A stretch of 64,000 nucleotides of DNA from Eledone cirrhosa (Eukaryota). Below are positions 15,001 to 28,400 of the stretch, piece by piece. Every line of letters begins with the position of its first letter. Positions within the stretch are counted from its first letter, which is position 1. Both the position numbers and the translations under genes were made by a program. The notes under the pieces were generated by a model. It did not search any database and had not been told where the DNA came from. It saw only the letters and a list, made by a program, of their open reading frames with translations. The stretch is from assembly GCA_964016885.1 (NCBI GenBank), contig OZ024742.1, forward strand, positions 24,242,001 to 24,306,000, written 5' to 3'.

Positions 15001-18000
15001 CTAATGGGAGTATTTTATCATGACACTAACACTACCACTTTATAGAGTCTAATGGGAGTATTTTATCATGACACTAACACTACCACTTTACAGAGTCTAA
15101 TGGGAGTATTTTATCATGACACTAGCACTACCACTTTACAGAGTCTAATGGGAGTATTTTATCATGACACTAACACTACCACTTTATAGAGTCTAATGGG
15201 AGTATTTTATCATGACACTAGCACTACCACTTTATAGAGTCTAATTGGAATATGTTATCATGACACTAGCACTACCACTTTACCGAGTCTAATGGGAGTA
15301 TTTTATCATGACACTAACACTACCACTTTACAGAGTCTAATGGGAGTATTTTATCATGACACTAGCACTACCACTTTATAGAGTCTAATGGGAGTATTTT
15401 ATCATGACACTATCACTACCACTTTACAGAGTCTAATGGGAGTATTTTATCATGACACTAGCACTACCACTTTATAGAGTCTAATGAGAGTATTTTATCA
15501 TGACACTAGCACTACCACTTTACAGAGTCTAATGGGAGTATTTTATCATGAGACTAGCATTACCACTTTACAGAGTCTATTGGGAGTATTTTATCATGAC
15601 ACTAGCACTACCACTTTATAGAGTCTAATGGGAGTATTTTATCATGACACTAGCACTACCACTTTACAGAGTCTAATGGGAGTATTTTATCATGACACTA
15701 GCACTACCAATTTACAGAGTCTAATGGGAGTATTTTATCATGACACTAGCACTACCACTTTACAGAGTCTAATGGGAGTATTTTATCATGACACTAGCAC
15801 TACCACTTTACAGAGTCTAATGGGTGTATTTTATCATGACACTAACACTACCACTTTATAGAGTCTAATGGGAGTATTTTATCATGACACTAACACTACC
15901 ACTTTATAGAATTTAATGGGAGTATTTCATCATGACACTAACACTACCACTTTACAGAGTCTAATGGGAGTATTTTATCATGACACTAGCACTACCACTT
16001 TACAGAGTCTAATGGGAGTATTTTATCATGACACTATCACTACCACTTTACAGAGTCTAATGGGAGTATTTTATCATGACACTAGCACTACCACTTTATA
16101 GAGTCTAATGGGAGTATTTTATCATGACACTAGCACTACCACTTTATGGAGTCTAATGAGAGTATTTTATCATGACACTAGCACTACCACTTTACAGAGT
16201 CTAATTGGAGTATTTTATCATGACACTATCACTACCACTTTACAGAGTCTAATGGGAGTATTTTATCATGACACTAGCACTACCACTTTACAGAGTCTAA
16301 TGGGAGTATTTTATCATGACACTAGCACTACCACTTTACAGAGTCTAATGGGAGTATTTTATCATGACCCTAACACTACCACTTTACAGAGTCTAATGGG
16401 AGTATTTTATCATGACACTAGCACTACCACTTTATAGAGTCTAATGGGAGTATTTTATCATGACACTAGCACTACCACTTTACAGAGTCTAATGGGAGTA
16501 TTTTATTATGACACTAGCACTACCACTTTACAGAGTCTAATGGGAGTATTTTATCATGACACTAACACTACCACTTTATAGAGTCTAATGGGAGTATTTT
16601 ATCATGACACTAGCACTACCACTTTACAAAGTCTAATGGGAGTATTTTATCATGACACTATCACTACCACTTTACAGAGTCTAATGGGAGTATTTTATCA
16701 TGACACTAGCACTACCACTTTATAGAGTCTAATGGGAGTATTTTATCATGACACTAGCACTACCACTTTACAGAGTCTAATGGGAGTATTTTATCATGAC
16801 ACTAGCACTACCACTTTATAGAGTCTAATGGGAGTATTTTATCATGACACTAGCACTACCACTTTACGGAGTCTAATGGGAGTATTTTATCATGACACTA
16901 GCACTACCACTTTCCAGAATCTAATGAAAGTATTTTATCATGACACTAACACTACCACTTTACAGAGTCTAATGGGAGTATTTTATCATGACACTAGCAC
17001 TACCACTTTCCAGAGTCTAATGGGAGTATTTTATCATGACACTAGCACTACCACTTTACAGAGTCTAATGGGAGTATTTTATCATGACACTAGCATTACC
17101 ACTTTACAGAGTCTATTGGGAGTATTTTATCATGACACTAGCACTACCACTTTATAGAGTCTAATGGGAGTATTTTATCATGACACTAGCACTACCACTT
17201 TACAGAGTCTAATGGGAGTATTTTATCATGACACTAGCACTACCAATTTACAGAGTCTAATGGGAGTATTTTATCATGACACTAGCACTACCACTTTACA
17301 GAGTCTAATGGGAGTATTTTATCATGACACTAGCACTACCACTTTACAGAGTCTAATGGGTGTATTTTATCATGACACTAGCACTACCACTTTATAGAGT
17401 CTAATGGGAGTATTTTATCATGACACTAACACTACCACTTTATAGAGTCTAATGGGAGTATTTTATCATGACACTAACACTACCACTTTACAGAGTCTAA
17501 TGGGAGTATTTTATCATGACACTAGCACTACCACTTTACAGAGTCTAATGGGAGTATTTTATCATGACACTAACACTACCACTTTATAGAGTCTAATGGG
17601 AGTATTTTATCATGACACTAGCACTACCACTTTATAGAGTCTAATTGGAATATGTTATCATGACACTAGCACTACCACTTTACCGAGTCTAATGGGAGTA
17701 TTTTATCATGACACTAACACTACCACTTTACAGAGTCTAATGGGAGTATTTTATCATGACACTAGCACTACCACTTTATAGAGTCTAATGGGAGTATTTT
17801 ATCATGACACTATCACTACCACTTTACAGAGTCTAATGGGAGTATTTTATCATGACACTAGCACTACCACTTTATAGAGTCTAATGAGAGTATTTTATCA
17901 TGACACTAGCACTACCACTTTACAGAGTCTAATGGGAGTATTTTATCATGAGACTAGCATTACCACTTTACAGAGTCTATTGGGAGTATTTTATCATGAC

Positions 18001-21000
18001 ACTAGCACTACCACTTTATAGAGTCTAATGGGAGTATTTTATCATGACACTAGCACTACCACTTTACAGAGTCTAATGGGAGTATTTTATCATGACACTA
18101 GCACTACCAATTTACAGAGTCTAATGGGAGTATTTTATCATGACACTAGCACTACCACTTTACAGAGTCTAATGGGAGTATTTTATCATGACACTAGCAC
18201 TACCACTTTACAGAGTCTAATGGGTGTATTTTATCATGACACTAACACTACCACTTTATAGAGTCTAATGGGAGTATTTTATCATGACACTAACACTACC
18301 ACTTTATAGAATTTAATGGGAGTATTTCATCATGACACTAACACTACCACTTTACAGAGTCTAATGGGAGTATTTTATCATGACACTAGCACTACCACTT
18401 TACAGAGTCTAATGGGAGTATTTTATCATGACACTATCACTACCACTTTACAGAGTCTAATGGGAGTATTTTATCATGACACTAGCACTACCACTTTATA
18501 GAGTCTAATGGGAGTATTTTATCATGACACTAGCACTACCACTTTATGGAGTCTAATGAGAGTATTTTATCATGACACTAGCACTACCACTTTACAGAGT
18601 CTAATGGGAGTATTTTATCATGACACTATCACTACCACTTTACAGAGTCTAATGGGAGTATTTTATCATGACACTAGCACTACCACTTTACAGAGTCTAA
18701 TGGGAGTATTTTATCATGACACTAGCACTACCACTTTACAGAGTCTAATGGGAGTATTTTATCATGACCCTAACACTACCACTTTACAGAGTCTAATGGG
18801 AGTATTTTATCATGACACTAGCACTACCACTTTATAGAGTCTAATGGGAGTATTTTATCATGACACTAGCACTACCACTTTACAGAGTCTAATGGGAGTA
18901 TTTTATTATGACACTAGCACTACCACTTTACAGAGTCTAATGGGAGTATTTTATCATGACACTAACACTACCACTTTATAGAGTCTAATGGGAGTATTTT
19001 ATCATGACACTAGCACTACCACTTTACAAAGTCTAATGGGAGTATTTTATCATGACACTATCACTACCACTTTACAGAGTCTAATGGGAGTATTTTATCA
19101 TGACACTAGCACTACCACTTTATGGAGTCTAATGAGAGTATTTTATCATGACACTAGCACTACCACTTTATAGAGTCTAATGGGAGTATTTTATCATGAC
19201 ACTAGCACTACCACTTTACAGAGTCTAATGGGAGTATTTTATCATGACACTATCACTACCACTTTACAGAGTCTAATGGGAGTATTTTATCATGACACTA
19301 TCACTACCACTTTACAGAGTCTAATGGGAGTATTTTATCATGACACTAGCACTACCACTTTATAGAGTCTAATGGGAGTATTTTATCATGACACTAGCAC
19401 TACCACTTTACAGAATCTAATGGGAGTATTTTATCATGACACTAGCACTACCACTTTACAGAATCTAATGGGAGTATTTTATGATGACACTAACACTACC
19501 ACTTTACAGAGTCTAATGGGAGTATTTTATCATGACACTATCACTACCACTTTACAGAGTCTAACGGGAGTATTTTATCATGACCCTAACACTACCACTT
19601 TACAGAGTCTAATGGGAGTATTTTATCATGACACTAGCACTACCACTTTATAGAGTCTAATGGGAGTATTTTATCATGACAGTAACACTACCACTTTACA
19701 GAGTCTAATGGGAGTATTTTATCATGACACTAGCACTACCACTTTATAGAGTCTAATGGGAGTATTTTATCATGACACTAGCACTACCACTTTACAGAGT
19801 CTAATGTGAGTATTTTATCATGCCACTAGCACTACCACTTCACAGAATCTAATGGGAGTATTTTATCATGACACTAACACTACCACTTTACAGAGTCTAA
19901 TGGGAGTATTTTATCATGACACTAGCACTTCCACTTTCCAGAGTCTAATGGGAGTATTTTATCATGACACTAGCACTACCACTTTCCAGAGTCTAATGGG
20001 AGTATTTTATCATGACACTAGCCCCACCACTTTACAGAGTCTATTGGGAGTATTTTATCATGACACAAGCACTACCACTTTATAGAGTCTAATGGGAGTA
20101 TTTTATCATGACACTAGCACTACCACTTTACAGAGTCTAATGGGAGTATTTTATCATGACACTAACACTACCACTTTACAGAGTCTAATGGGAGTATTTT
20201 ATCATGACACTAGCACTACCACTTTCCAGAGTCTAATGGGAGTATTTTATCATGACACTAGCTCTACCACTTTACAGAGTCTAATGGGAGTATTTTATCA
20301 TGACACTAGCACTACCACTTTACAGAGTCTAATGTGAGTATTTTATCATGCCACTAGCACTACCACTTTACAGAATCTAATGGGAGTATTTTATCATGAC
20401 ACTAACACGACCACTTTATAGAGTCTAATGGGAGTATTTTATCATGACACTAGCACTACCACTTTACAGAGTCTAATGGGAGTATTTTATCATGACACTA
20501 TCACTACCACTTTACATAGTCTAATGGGAGTATTTTATCATGACACTAGCACTACCACTTTATAGAGTCTAAGAGAGTATTTTATCACGACACTAGCACT
20601 ACCACTTTATAGAGTCTAATGGGAGTATTTTATCATGACACTAGCACTACCACTTTACAGAGTCTAATGGGAGTATTTTATCATGACCCTCACACTACCA
20701 CTTTACAGAGTCTAATGGGAGTATTTTATCATGACACTAGCACTACCACTTTATAGAGTCTAATGGGAGTATTTTATCATGACACTAGCACTACCACTTT
20801 ACAGAGTCTAATGGGAGTATTTTATCATGACACTAGCACTACCACTTTATTGAGTCTAATGGGAGTATTTTATCATGACACTAACACTACCACTTTACAG
20901 GGTCTAATGGGAGTATTTTATCATGACACTAGCACTACCACTTTACAGAATCTAATGGGAGTATTTTATCATGACACTAACACTACCACTTTACAGAGTC

Positions 21001-22772
21001 TAATGGGAGTATTTTATCATGACACTAACACTACCACTTTCCAGAGTCTAATGGGAGTATTTTATCATGACACAAGCACTACCACTTTACAGAGTCTAAT
21101 GGGAGTATTTTATCATGACACTAGCACTACCACTTTACAGAGTCTATTGGGAGTATTTTATCATGACACTAGCACTACCACTTTATAGAGTCTAATGGGA
21201 GTATTTTATCATGACACTAGCACTACCACTTTACAGAGTCTAATGGGAGTATTTTATCATGACACTAGCACTACCACTTTACAGAGTCTAATGGGAGTAT
21301 TTTATCATGACCCTAACACTACCACTTTACAGAGTCTATTGGGAGTATTTTATCATGACACTAGCACTACCACTTTATAGAGTCTAATGGGAGTATTTTA
21401 TCATGACACTAACACTACCACTTTATAGAGTCTAATGGGAGTATTTTATCATGACACTAGCACTACCACTTTACAGAGTCTAATGGGAGTATTTTATCAT
21501 GACACTAGCACTACCACTTTATAGAGTCTAATGGGAGTATTTTATCATGACACCAACACTACCACTTTACAGAGTCTAATGGGAGTATTTTATCATGACA
21601 CTAGCACTACCATTTTATAGAGTCTAATGGGAGTATTTTATCATGACACTAGCACTAGCACTTTATAGAGTCTAATGGGAGTATTTTATCATGACACTAG
21701 CACTACCACTTTATAGAGTCTAATGGGAGTATTTTATCATGACACTAACACTACCACTTTATAGAGTCTAATGGGAGTATTTTATCATGACACTAGCACT
21801 ACCACTTTATAGAGTCTAATGGGAGTATTTTATCATGACACTAACACTACCACTTTATAGATTCTAATGGGAGTATTTTATCATGACACTAGCATTACCA
21901 CTTTATAGAGTCTAATGGGAGTATTTTATCATGACACTATCACTACCACTTTATAGAGTCTAATGGGAGTATTTTATCATGACACTAGCACTACCACTTT
22001 ACAGTATCTAATGGGAGTATTTTATCATGACACTAGCACTACCACTTTACAGAGTCTAATGGGAGTATTTTATCATGACACTATCACTACCACTTTATAG
22101 AGTCTAATGGGAGTATTTTATCATGACACTAGCACTACCACTTTACAGAGTCTAATGGGAGTATTTTATCATGACACTAGCACTACCACTTTATAGAGTC
22201 TAATGGGCGTATTTTATCATGACACTAACACTACCACTTTATAGAGTCTAATGGGAGTATTTTATCATGACACTAGCACTACCACTTTACAGAGTCTAAT
22301 GGGAGTATTTTATCATGACACTAGCACTACTACTTTATAGAGTCTAATGGGAGTATTTTATCATGACACTAGCACTACCACTTTACAGAGTCTAATGGGA
22401 GTATTTTATCATGACACTATCACTTCCACTTTATAGAGTCTAATGGGAGTATTTTATCATGACACTAGCACTACCACTTTACAGAGTCTAATGGGAGTAT
22501 TTTATCATGACACTAGCACTACCACTTTACAGAGTCTAATGGGAGTATTTTATCATGACACTAACACTACCACTTTATAGAGTCTAATGGGAGTATTTTA
22601 TCATGACACTAGCACTACCACTTTACAGATTCTAATGGGAGTATTTTATCATGACACTAGCACTACCACTTTACAGAGTCTAATGGGAGTATTTTATCAT
22701 GACACTAGCACTACCACTTTATAGAGTGGATGATGTTTCTATCATGACATTAGCACTATCACCTTACAAAGT
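1..22772. repeat. 48-bp tandem satellite array (~470 monomers, continues beyond the window start) with higher-order duplications
   Basis: Monomer ATGGGAGTATTTTATCATGACACTAGCACTACCACTTTAYAGAGTCTA repeats almost perfectly in phase. One 1-bp deletion was seen near 20572, and the last unit (~22728-22772) is degenerate. Confidence 0.99.
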
Positions 22773-22784
22773 GACCTGCGTACT

Positions 22785-23440
22785 TTTCTCACAGAGAAAT
22801 GTTGAAGGCAATGGTAGAATAAGGAATGTTGAAGGGAATAGTAGAATAAGGAATGTTGAAGGGAATAGTAGAATAAAGAATGTTGAAGGGAATAGTAGAA
22901 TAAGGAATGTTGAAGGGAATAGTAGAATTATTTTTAGAGCATCATCATCTACCTGCTAGCAGTTTCTCAATATTCTGCCTTAACTTTTATCCAAAAGGAA
23001 CTTACTTCATAGTGTTATAGTTTTGAAACATGTCTTAATCCTCTTCAGCTGACAGTTTCAACAATATAGTCTCTATAAATGACACTTAAATCATCTGTCA
23101 TCACCATAAACGGATTTTGTATCCATCAATTCTCTTTCCAAGGATTTTCTTTGATCGGTAAGTAATTTTGAAAACATTTTGTCAAATTCCACAACTTGTC
23201 TGTGATGACATTTTATAGAAGGCAACACTTATATATATTTCCCTGCATCAGCAATAACTACCATTATTTCATGAAATTTCATGAATTCTAAACATTTTAT
23301 TCTTCCTTAGTCTGACTTTTGATTAAGTCCATCAGGCTTGTCTATCATTGTAAAACCGCCATCCTTCACTACATAAGCATTAAGATCATTATATATGGCA
23401 AGGATATCAGCTTAATAAATCAGTTTAGTTAGCCAATTTA
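22785..23440 (-). mobile_element. Fossil hAT (Charlie/Buster; FAM200/ZBED5-like) transposase, C-terminal part
   Basis: Minus-strand translation with stops and frameshifts gives NWLTKLIY*ADILAIYNDLNAY ... VITDKLWNLTKCFQNYLPIKENPWKEN*WIQNPF ... LLKLSAEE ... FWIKVKAEY ... DALKIILLFPSTFL ... LCEK. This is collinear with the Charlie-type motifs LAYLSDIF..NDLN, WIQNPF, FWIK and ALKLLLLFPSTYLCE. Confidence 0.8.
22797..22928. repeat. 27-bp minisatellite, ~5 copies
   Basis: GAATGTTGAAGGGAATAGTAGAATAAG is tandemly repeated inside the hAT fossil. Confidence 0.95.
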
Positions 23441-23739
23441 CATACTTGGGGTTTTGTCCTATATAAATCTTACTAGAATTACATAACCAGTGAAATATTA
23501 TGGTCAGGTCAGACTTCTGCCAACTACTGGTACCATGTAACCCAGTACAACTTGCTTTATGGTCGAGTAGTGAGCAACTTACTCCCTCATCTGCTTATTT
23601 ATCTGGTGAGGATGAACAGTGGAACACCAGCAGCATTAAAAAAGATGTTAAAATGGCAGATGAACTCCTTAGAGTTAACGACCATCCACCCCAAATATGG
23701 ATTAAATAATCTCACCAACCTGCAACTGGCCAAGCATGG

Positions 23740-24093
23740 TGAGTATGGCTACACCCTTCAAAGACTCTCTTTTGTCACAAATGACCATGTGATTTGCACC
23801 TAGAATGTTTCCATCTGAGGCAAAAGTCCATGCAAGTTTGTTTAGGAAGACCAATAGTAGCCCATGTATACCAGCCTCCCTTCTCCACACCACCGATGTT
23901 GTCCAAGAGAAAGGCTATGGCCATTACAGCTTGACACCAGTGACGTTGCAACTCATTTCTACAGCTCAGTAAACTGGAGCAACGTGAAAATAAAGTGTTT
24001 GGCTCAAGGACACAATGCATCACCCGGTTCAAGAATCGAACTCACAACCTTTCGATTGCAAGCACAATGCTTTCTCCACTAAGCCATGCGCCT
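23740..24093 (-). mobile_element. tRNA-derived SINE
   Basis: Minus strand starts AGGCGCATGGCTTAGTGG (A box) ... GAGTTCGATTC (B box), followed by a core shared with the copy at 59365-59510 (TTCACRTTGCTCCAGTTTACTSAGCTGTAGAAATGAG). The 3' boundary is approximate. Confidence 0.85.
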
Positions 24094-24309
24094 TAACATG
24101 ACCAAATCCAGAAAATGGTGGAGATCAACCAGGTAGCAGTCCCTCCAACAGGATGGAGAAGGCTCTGGACTGGATTTGATTGGATGGAAGCCTGTATGAC
24201 TCATTTTTTTTTAGACGCTTCAAATCTTCTTCACTCAGAGCCCATGTCTCACTGCCAAATATGGGTTAGTGTCAGAAAAGTATTCAGCCATACAATTTTC
24301 CTTGAAATC

Positions 24310-24457
24310 TGTTTTCCAATTCATACCAGCATGGAAAGACAGACATAAAAACGACTACGATAACAACGAAGGCTGTGACCACGATGGTGTTGATGATGGG
24401 GCTGATCATGGTGATGATAATGATGCTGGCGTTGATGATGACGATGATGATGATAAT
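24310..24457 (+). mobile_element. Degenerate RTE-type LINE/SINE 3' tail with (GAT)n-like microsatellite
   Basis: CCAGCATGGAAAGACAGACATAAAAACGAC followed by a GAT-rich tract. The same tail family occurs at 51525-51575, 53834-53890 and 54238-54277. Confidence 0.55.
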
Positions 24458-24460
24458 AAC

Positions 24461-24545
24461 CTTTCTTTAGACATTGACCTACAACTGTTAAAGCTTGCTT
24501 CAATTTCCCTGACGTGGGAATATCTGCAGCAGTCATAGGTGCTGA
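24461..24545 (-). CDS. Candidate internal exon of an unidentified host gene
   Basis: On the minus strand a T-rich tract and AG precede an 85-nt open frame SAPMTAADIPTSGKLKQALTVVGQCLKK, then AAG|GTTATT donor. The phase is compatible with the candidate exon at 31004-31050. No homolog recognised. Confidence 0.35.
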
Positions 24546-24904
24546 CTATCTTATTAAAAAATGTAATAAAATGTATAAAACTAAAAGAAAAATAGAGGCA
24601 AGAAAAAAACGTCTTCTTCCTGCCATATTTAAGTATTTAGTTTTGCTGTGTATGGAGAAAGTTACTTTGATAAAAGCAAGCTCTATTGCAGTAGTTTTCT
24701 TTAACATTGTATTTTCTTGTTTGTTTGGTTTTTGATACACACACTGGTCATCTAAAAATATTGTCAGCTTTTATTATCTTTGAATAAAAGAATATTTAAC
24801 ACTTTAACTTATTTATGTCCTCCGCATTTCTTTTCATACTTCATAGTCACTGAATGAACATTCTATATCTATAGACATCTATCTTGTTCAGTTTACTTCA
24901 CAGC

Positions 24905-25378
24905 ATTCTCTCTCTCTCTTCCTTCTCACTGGCTCTCTCTCTTCACAACTCTCTCTCTCTCCCGTTCTTCTCCTTCTCTCTCTCGTCACAACTCTCTCTC
25001 TCCTCCTTCTCATTGGTCTCTCTCTCTCCCCTCCTCCTGCTCACTCGCTCTCTCTCCTCCTTCTCTCTCTCTCCCTCTTCCTAACTCTCTCTCTCTCTCT
25101 TCACTGCTCTCTCTCTCTTTTTTCTTTGCTCCTCTCTCTCTCTCTTCACTCCTCATGCCTATCTCTCCTCACTCCTCACACCTCTCCCCCTCTCTCTCCT
25201 CTCTACCCCTATATCCCCCCATCTCTCCTACCCATACCCCCTATCTATCCCCTACTACCTTCTATCACCTCGCCATCCCCCTACCCCCTACCCCCTACCT
25301 CCTCTCTCCACCTCCCTATATCCTCCTCTCTCTCCATCCCCCATCTCTCCCCCTCTCTCCACCGTCTTCTCTCTCCCA
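24905..25378. repeat. Polypyrimidine (CT/CCT-rich) low-complexity tract
   Basis: About 470 bp of degenerate (CT)n followed by a C-rich tract on the plus strand. Confidence 0.95.
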
Positions 25379-25496
25379 AGTGTTGTACTATTCACTAGTT
25401 TTCTGTGAACAACTGAGTCGTGGTTTGGTTCAAAGAACCAAATCTGGCAAAGACTTCAATTCAAACAAGTTGAAGATTGTAGCAGTTGAATGATCG

Positions 25497-28400
25497 TGTG
25501 GTTGGGGTGGGTTAGACATGATTGAAGCCATGTAGTGGCCATGTGGTTGGGGTGGGTTAGACATGATCGAAGCCATGTAGTGGCCATGTGGTTGGGGTGG
25601 GTTAGACATGATTGAAGCCATGTAGTGGCCATGTGGTTGGGGTGGTTAGACATGATTGAAGCCATGTAGTGGCCATGTGGTTGGGGTGAGTTAGACATGA
25701 TTGAAGCCATGTAGTGGCCATGTGGTTGGAGTGGGTTAGACATGATTGAAGCCATGTAGTGGCCATGTGGTTGGGGTGGGTTAGACATGATTGAAGCCAT
25801 GTAGTGGCCATGTGGTTGGGGTGGGTTAGACATGATTGAAGCCATGTAGTGGCCATGTGGTTGGAGTGGGTTAGACATGATTGAAGCCATGTAGTGGCGT
25901 GTGGTTGGTGGGTTAGACATGATTGAAGCCATGTAGTGGCCATGTGGTTGGGGTGGGTTAGACATGATTGAAGCCATGTAGTGGCTATGTGGTTGGAGTG
26001 GGTTAGACATGATTGAAGCCATGTAGTGGCCGTGTGGTTGGGGTGGGTTAGACATGATTGTAGCCATGTAGTGGCCATGTGATTGGGGTGGGTTAGACAT
26101 GATTGAAGCCATGTAGTGGCCATGTGGTTGGAGTGGGTTAGACATGATTGAAGCCATGTAGTGGCCGTGTGGTTGGGGTGGGTTAGACATGGTTGAAGCC
26201 ATGTAGTGGCCGTGTGGTTGGGGTGGGTTAGACATGGTTGAAGCCATGTAATGGCCATGTGGTTGGAGTGGGTTAGACATGATTGAAGCCATGTAGTGGC
26301 CATGTGGTTGGGGTGGGTTAGACATGATTGAAGCCATATAGTGGCCGTGTGGTTGGGGTGGGTTAGACATGGTTCAAGCCATGTAATGGCCATGTGGTTG
26401 GAGTGGGTTAGACATGATTGAAGCCATGTAGTGGCCATGTGGTTGGGGTGGGTTAGACATGATTGAAGCCATGTAGTGGCCATGTGGTTGGGGTGGGTTA
26501 GATATGGTTGAAACCATGTAGTGGCCATGTGGTTGGGGTGGGTTAGACATGGTTGAAGCCATGTAGTGGCCATGTGGTTGGGGTGGGTTAGACATGGTTG
26601 AAGCTATGTAGTGGCCATGTGGTTGGGGTGGGTTAGACAGGGTTGAAGCCATGTAGTGGCCATGTGGTTGGGCTGGGTTAGACATGGTTGAAGCTATGTA
26701 GTGGCCATGTGGTTGGGGTGGGTTAGACATGATTGAAGCCATGTAGTGGCCATGTGGTTGGGGTGGGTTAGACATGATTGTAGCCATGTAGTGGCCGTGT
26801 GGTTGGGGTGGGTTAGACATGATTGAAGCCATGTAGTGGCCATGTGGTTGGGGTGGGTTAGACATGATTGAAGCCATGTAGTGGCCATGTGGTTGGGGTG
26901 GGTTAGACATGATTGAAGCCATGTAGTGGCCATGTGGTTGGGTGGGTTAGACATGATTGAAGCCATGTAGTGGCCATGTGGTTGGGGTGGGTTAGACATG
27001 GTTCAAGCCATGTAGTGGCCGTGTGGTTGGGGTGGGTTAGACATGATTGAAGCCATGTAGTGGCCATGTGGTTGGGGTGGGTTAGACATGATTGAAGCCA
27101 TGTAGTAGCCATGTGGTTGGGGTGGGTTAGACATGGTTCAAGCCATGTAGTGGCCATGTGGTTGGAGTGGGTTAGACATGATTGAAGCCATGTAGTGGCG
27201 TGTGGTTGGTGGGTTAGACATGATTGAAGCCATGTAGTGGCCATGTGGTTGGGGTGGGTTAGACATGATTGAAGCCATGTAGTGGCTATGTGGTTGGAGT
27301 GGGTTAGACATGATTGAAGCCATGTAGTGGCCGTGTGGTTGGGGTGGGTTAGACATGATTGTAGCCATGTAGTGGCCGTGTGGTTGGGGTGGGTTAGACA
27401 TGGTTCAAGCCATGTAATGGCCATGTGGTTGGAGTGGGTTAGACATGATTGAAGCCATGTAGTGGCCATGTGGTTGGGGTGGGTTAGACATGATTGAAGC
27501 CATGTAGTGGCCATGTGGTTGGGGTGGGTTAGATATGGTTGAAACCATGTAGTGGCCATGTGGTTGGGGTGGGTTAGACATGGTTGAAGCCATGTAGTGG
27601 CCATGTGGTTGGGGTGGGTTAGACATGGTTGAAGCTATGTAGTGGCCATGTGGTTGGGGTGGGTTAGACAGGGTTGAAGCCATGTAGTGGCCATGTGGTT
27701 GGGCTGGGTTAGACATGGTTGAAGCTATGTAGTGGCCATGTGGTTGGGGTGGGTTAGACATGATTGAAACCATGTAGTGGCCATGTGGTTGGGGTGGGTT
27801 AGACATGATTGTAGCCATGTAGTGGCCGTGTGGTTGGGGTGGGTTAGACATGATTGAAGCCATGTAGTGGCCATGTGGTTGGGGTGGGTTAGACATGATT
27901 GAAGCCATGTAGTGGCCATGTGGTTGGGGTGGGTTAGACATGATTGAAGCCATGTAGTGGCCATGTGGTTGGGTGGGTTAGACATGATTGAAGCCATGTA
28001 GTGGCCATGTGGTTGGGGTGGGTTAGACATGGTTCAAGCCATGTAGTGGCGTGTGGTTGGGGTGGGTTAGACATGATTGAAGCCATGTAGTGGCCATGTG
28101 GTTGGAGTGGGTTAGACATGATTGAAGCCATGTAATGGCCATGTGGTTGGGGTGGGTTAGACATGATTGAAGCCATGTAGTGGCCGTGTGGTTGGGTGGG
28201 TTAGACATGATTGAAGCCATGTAGTGGCCATGTGGTTGGGGTGGGTTAGACATGGTTCAAGCCATGTAGTGGCCATGTGGTTGGGGTGGGTTAGACATGA
28301 TTGTAGCCATGTAGTGGCCGTGTGGTTGGGGTGGGTTAGACATGATTGAAGCCATGTAGTGGCCATGTGGTTGGGTGGGTTAGACATGATTGAAGCCATG

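Noticed and set aside
556-21380. Many ORFs of repeated MGVFYHDTSTTTLQSL
   Set aside because: They arise because the monomer length is divisible by 3. The common CAG/TAG variant scatters stops, so there is no coding constraint.
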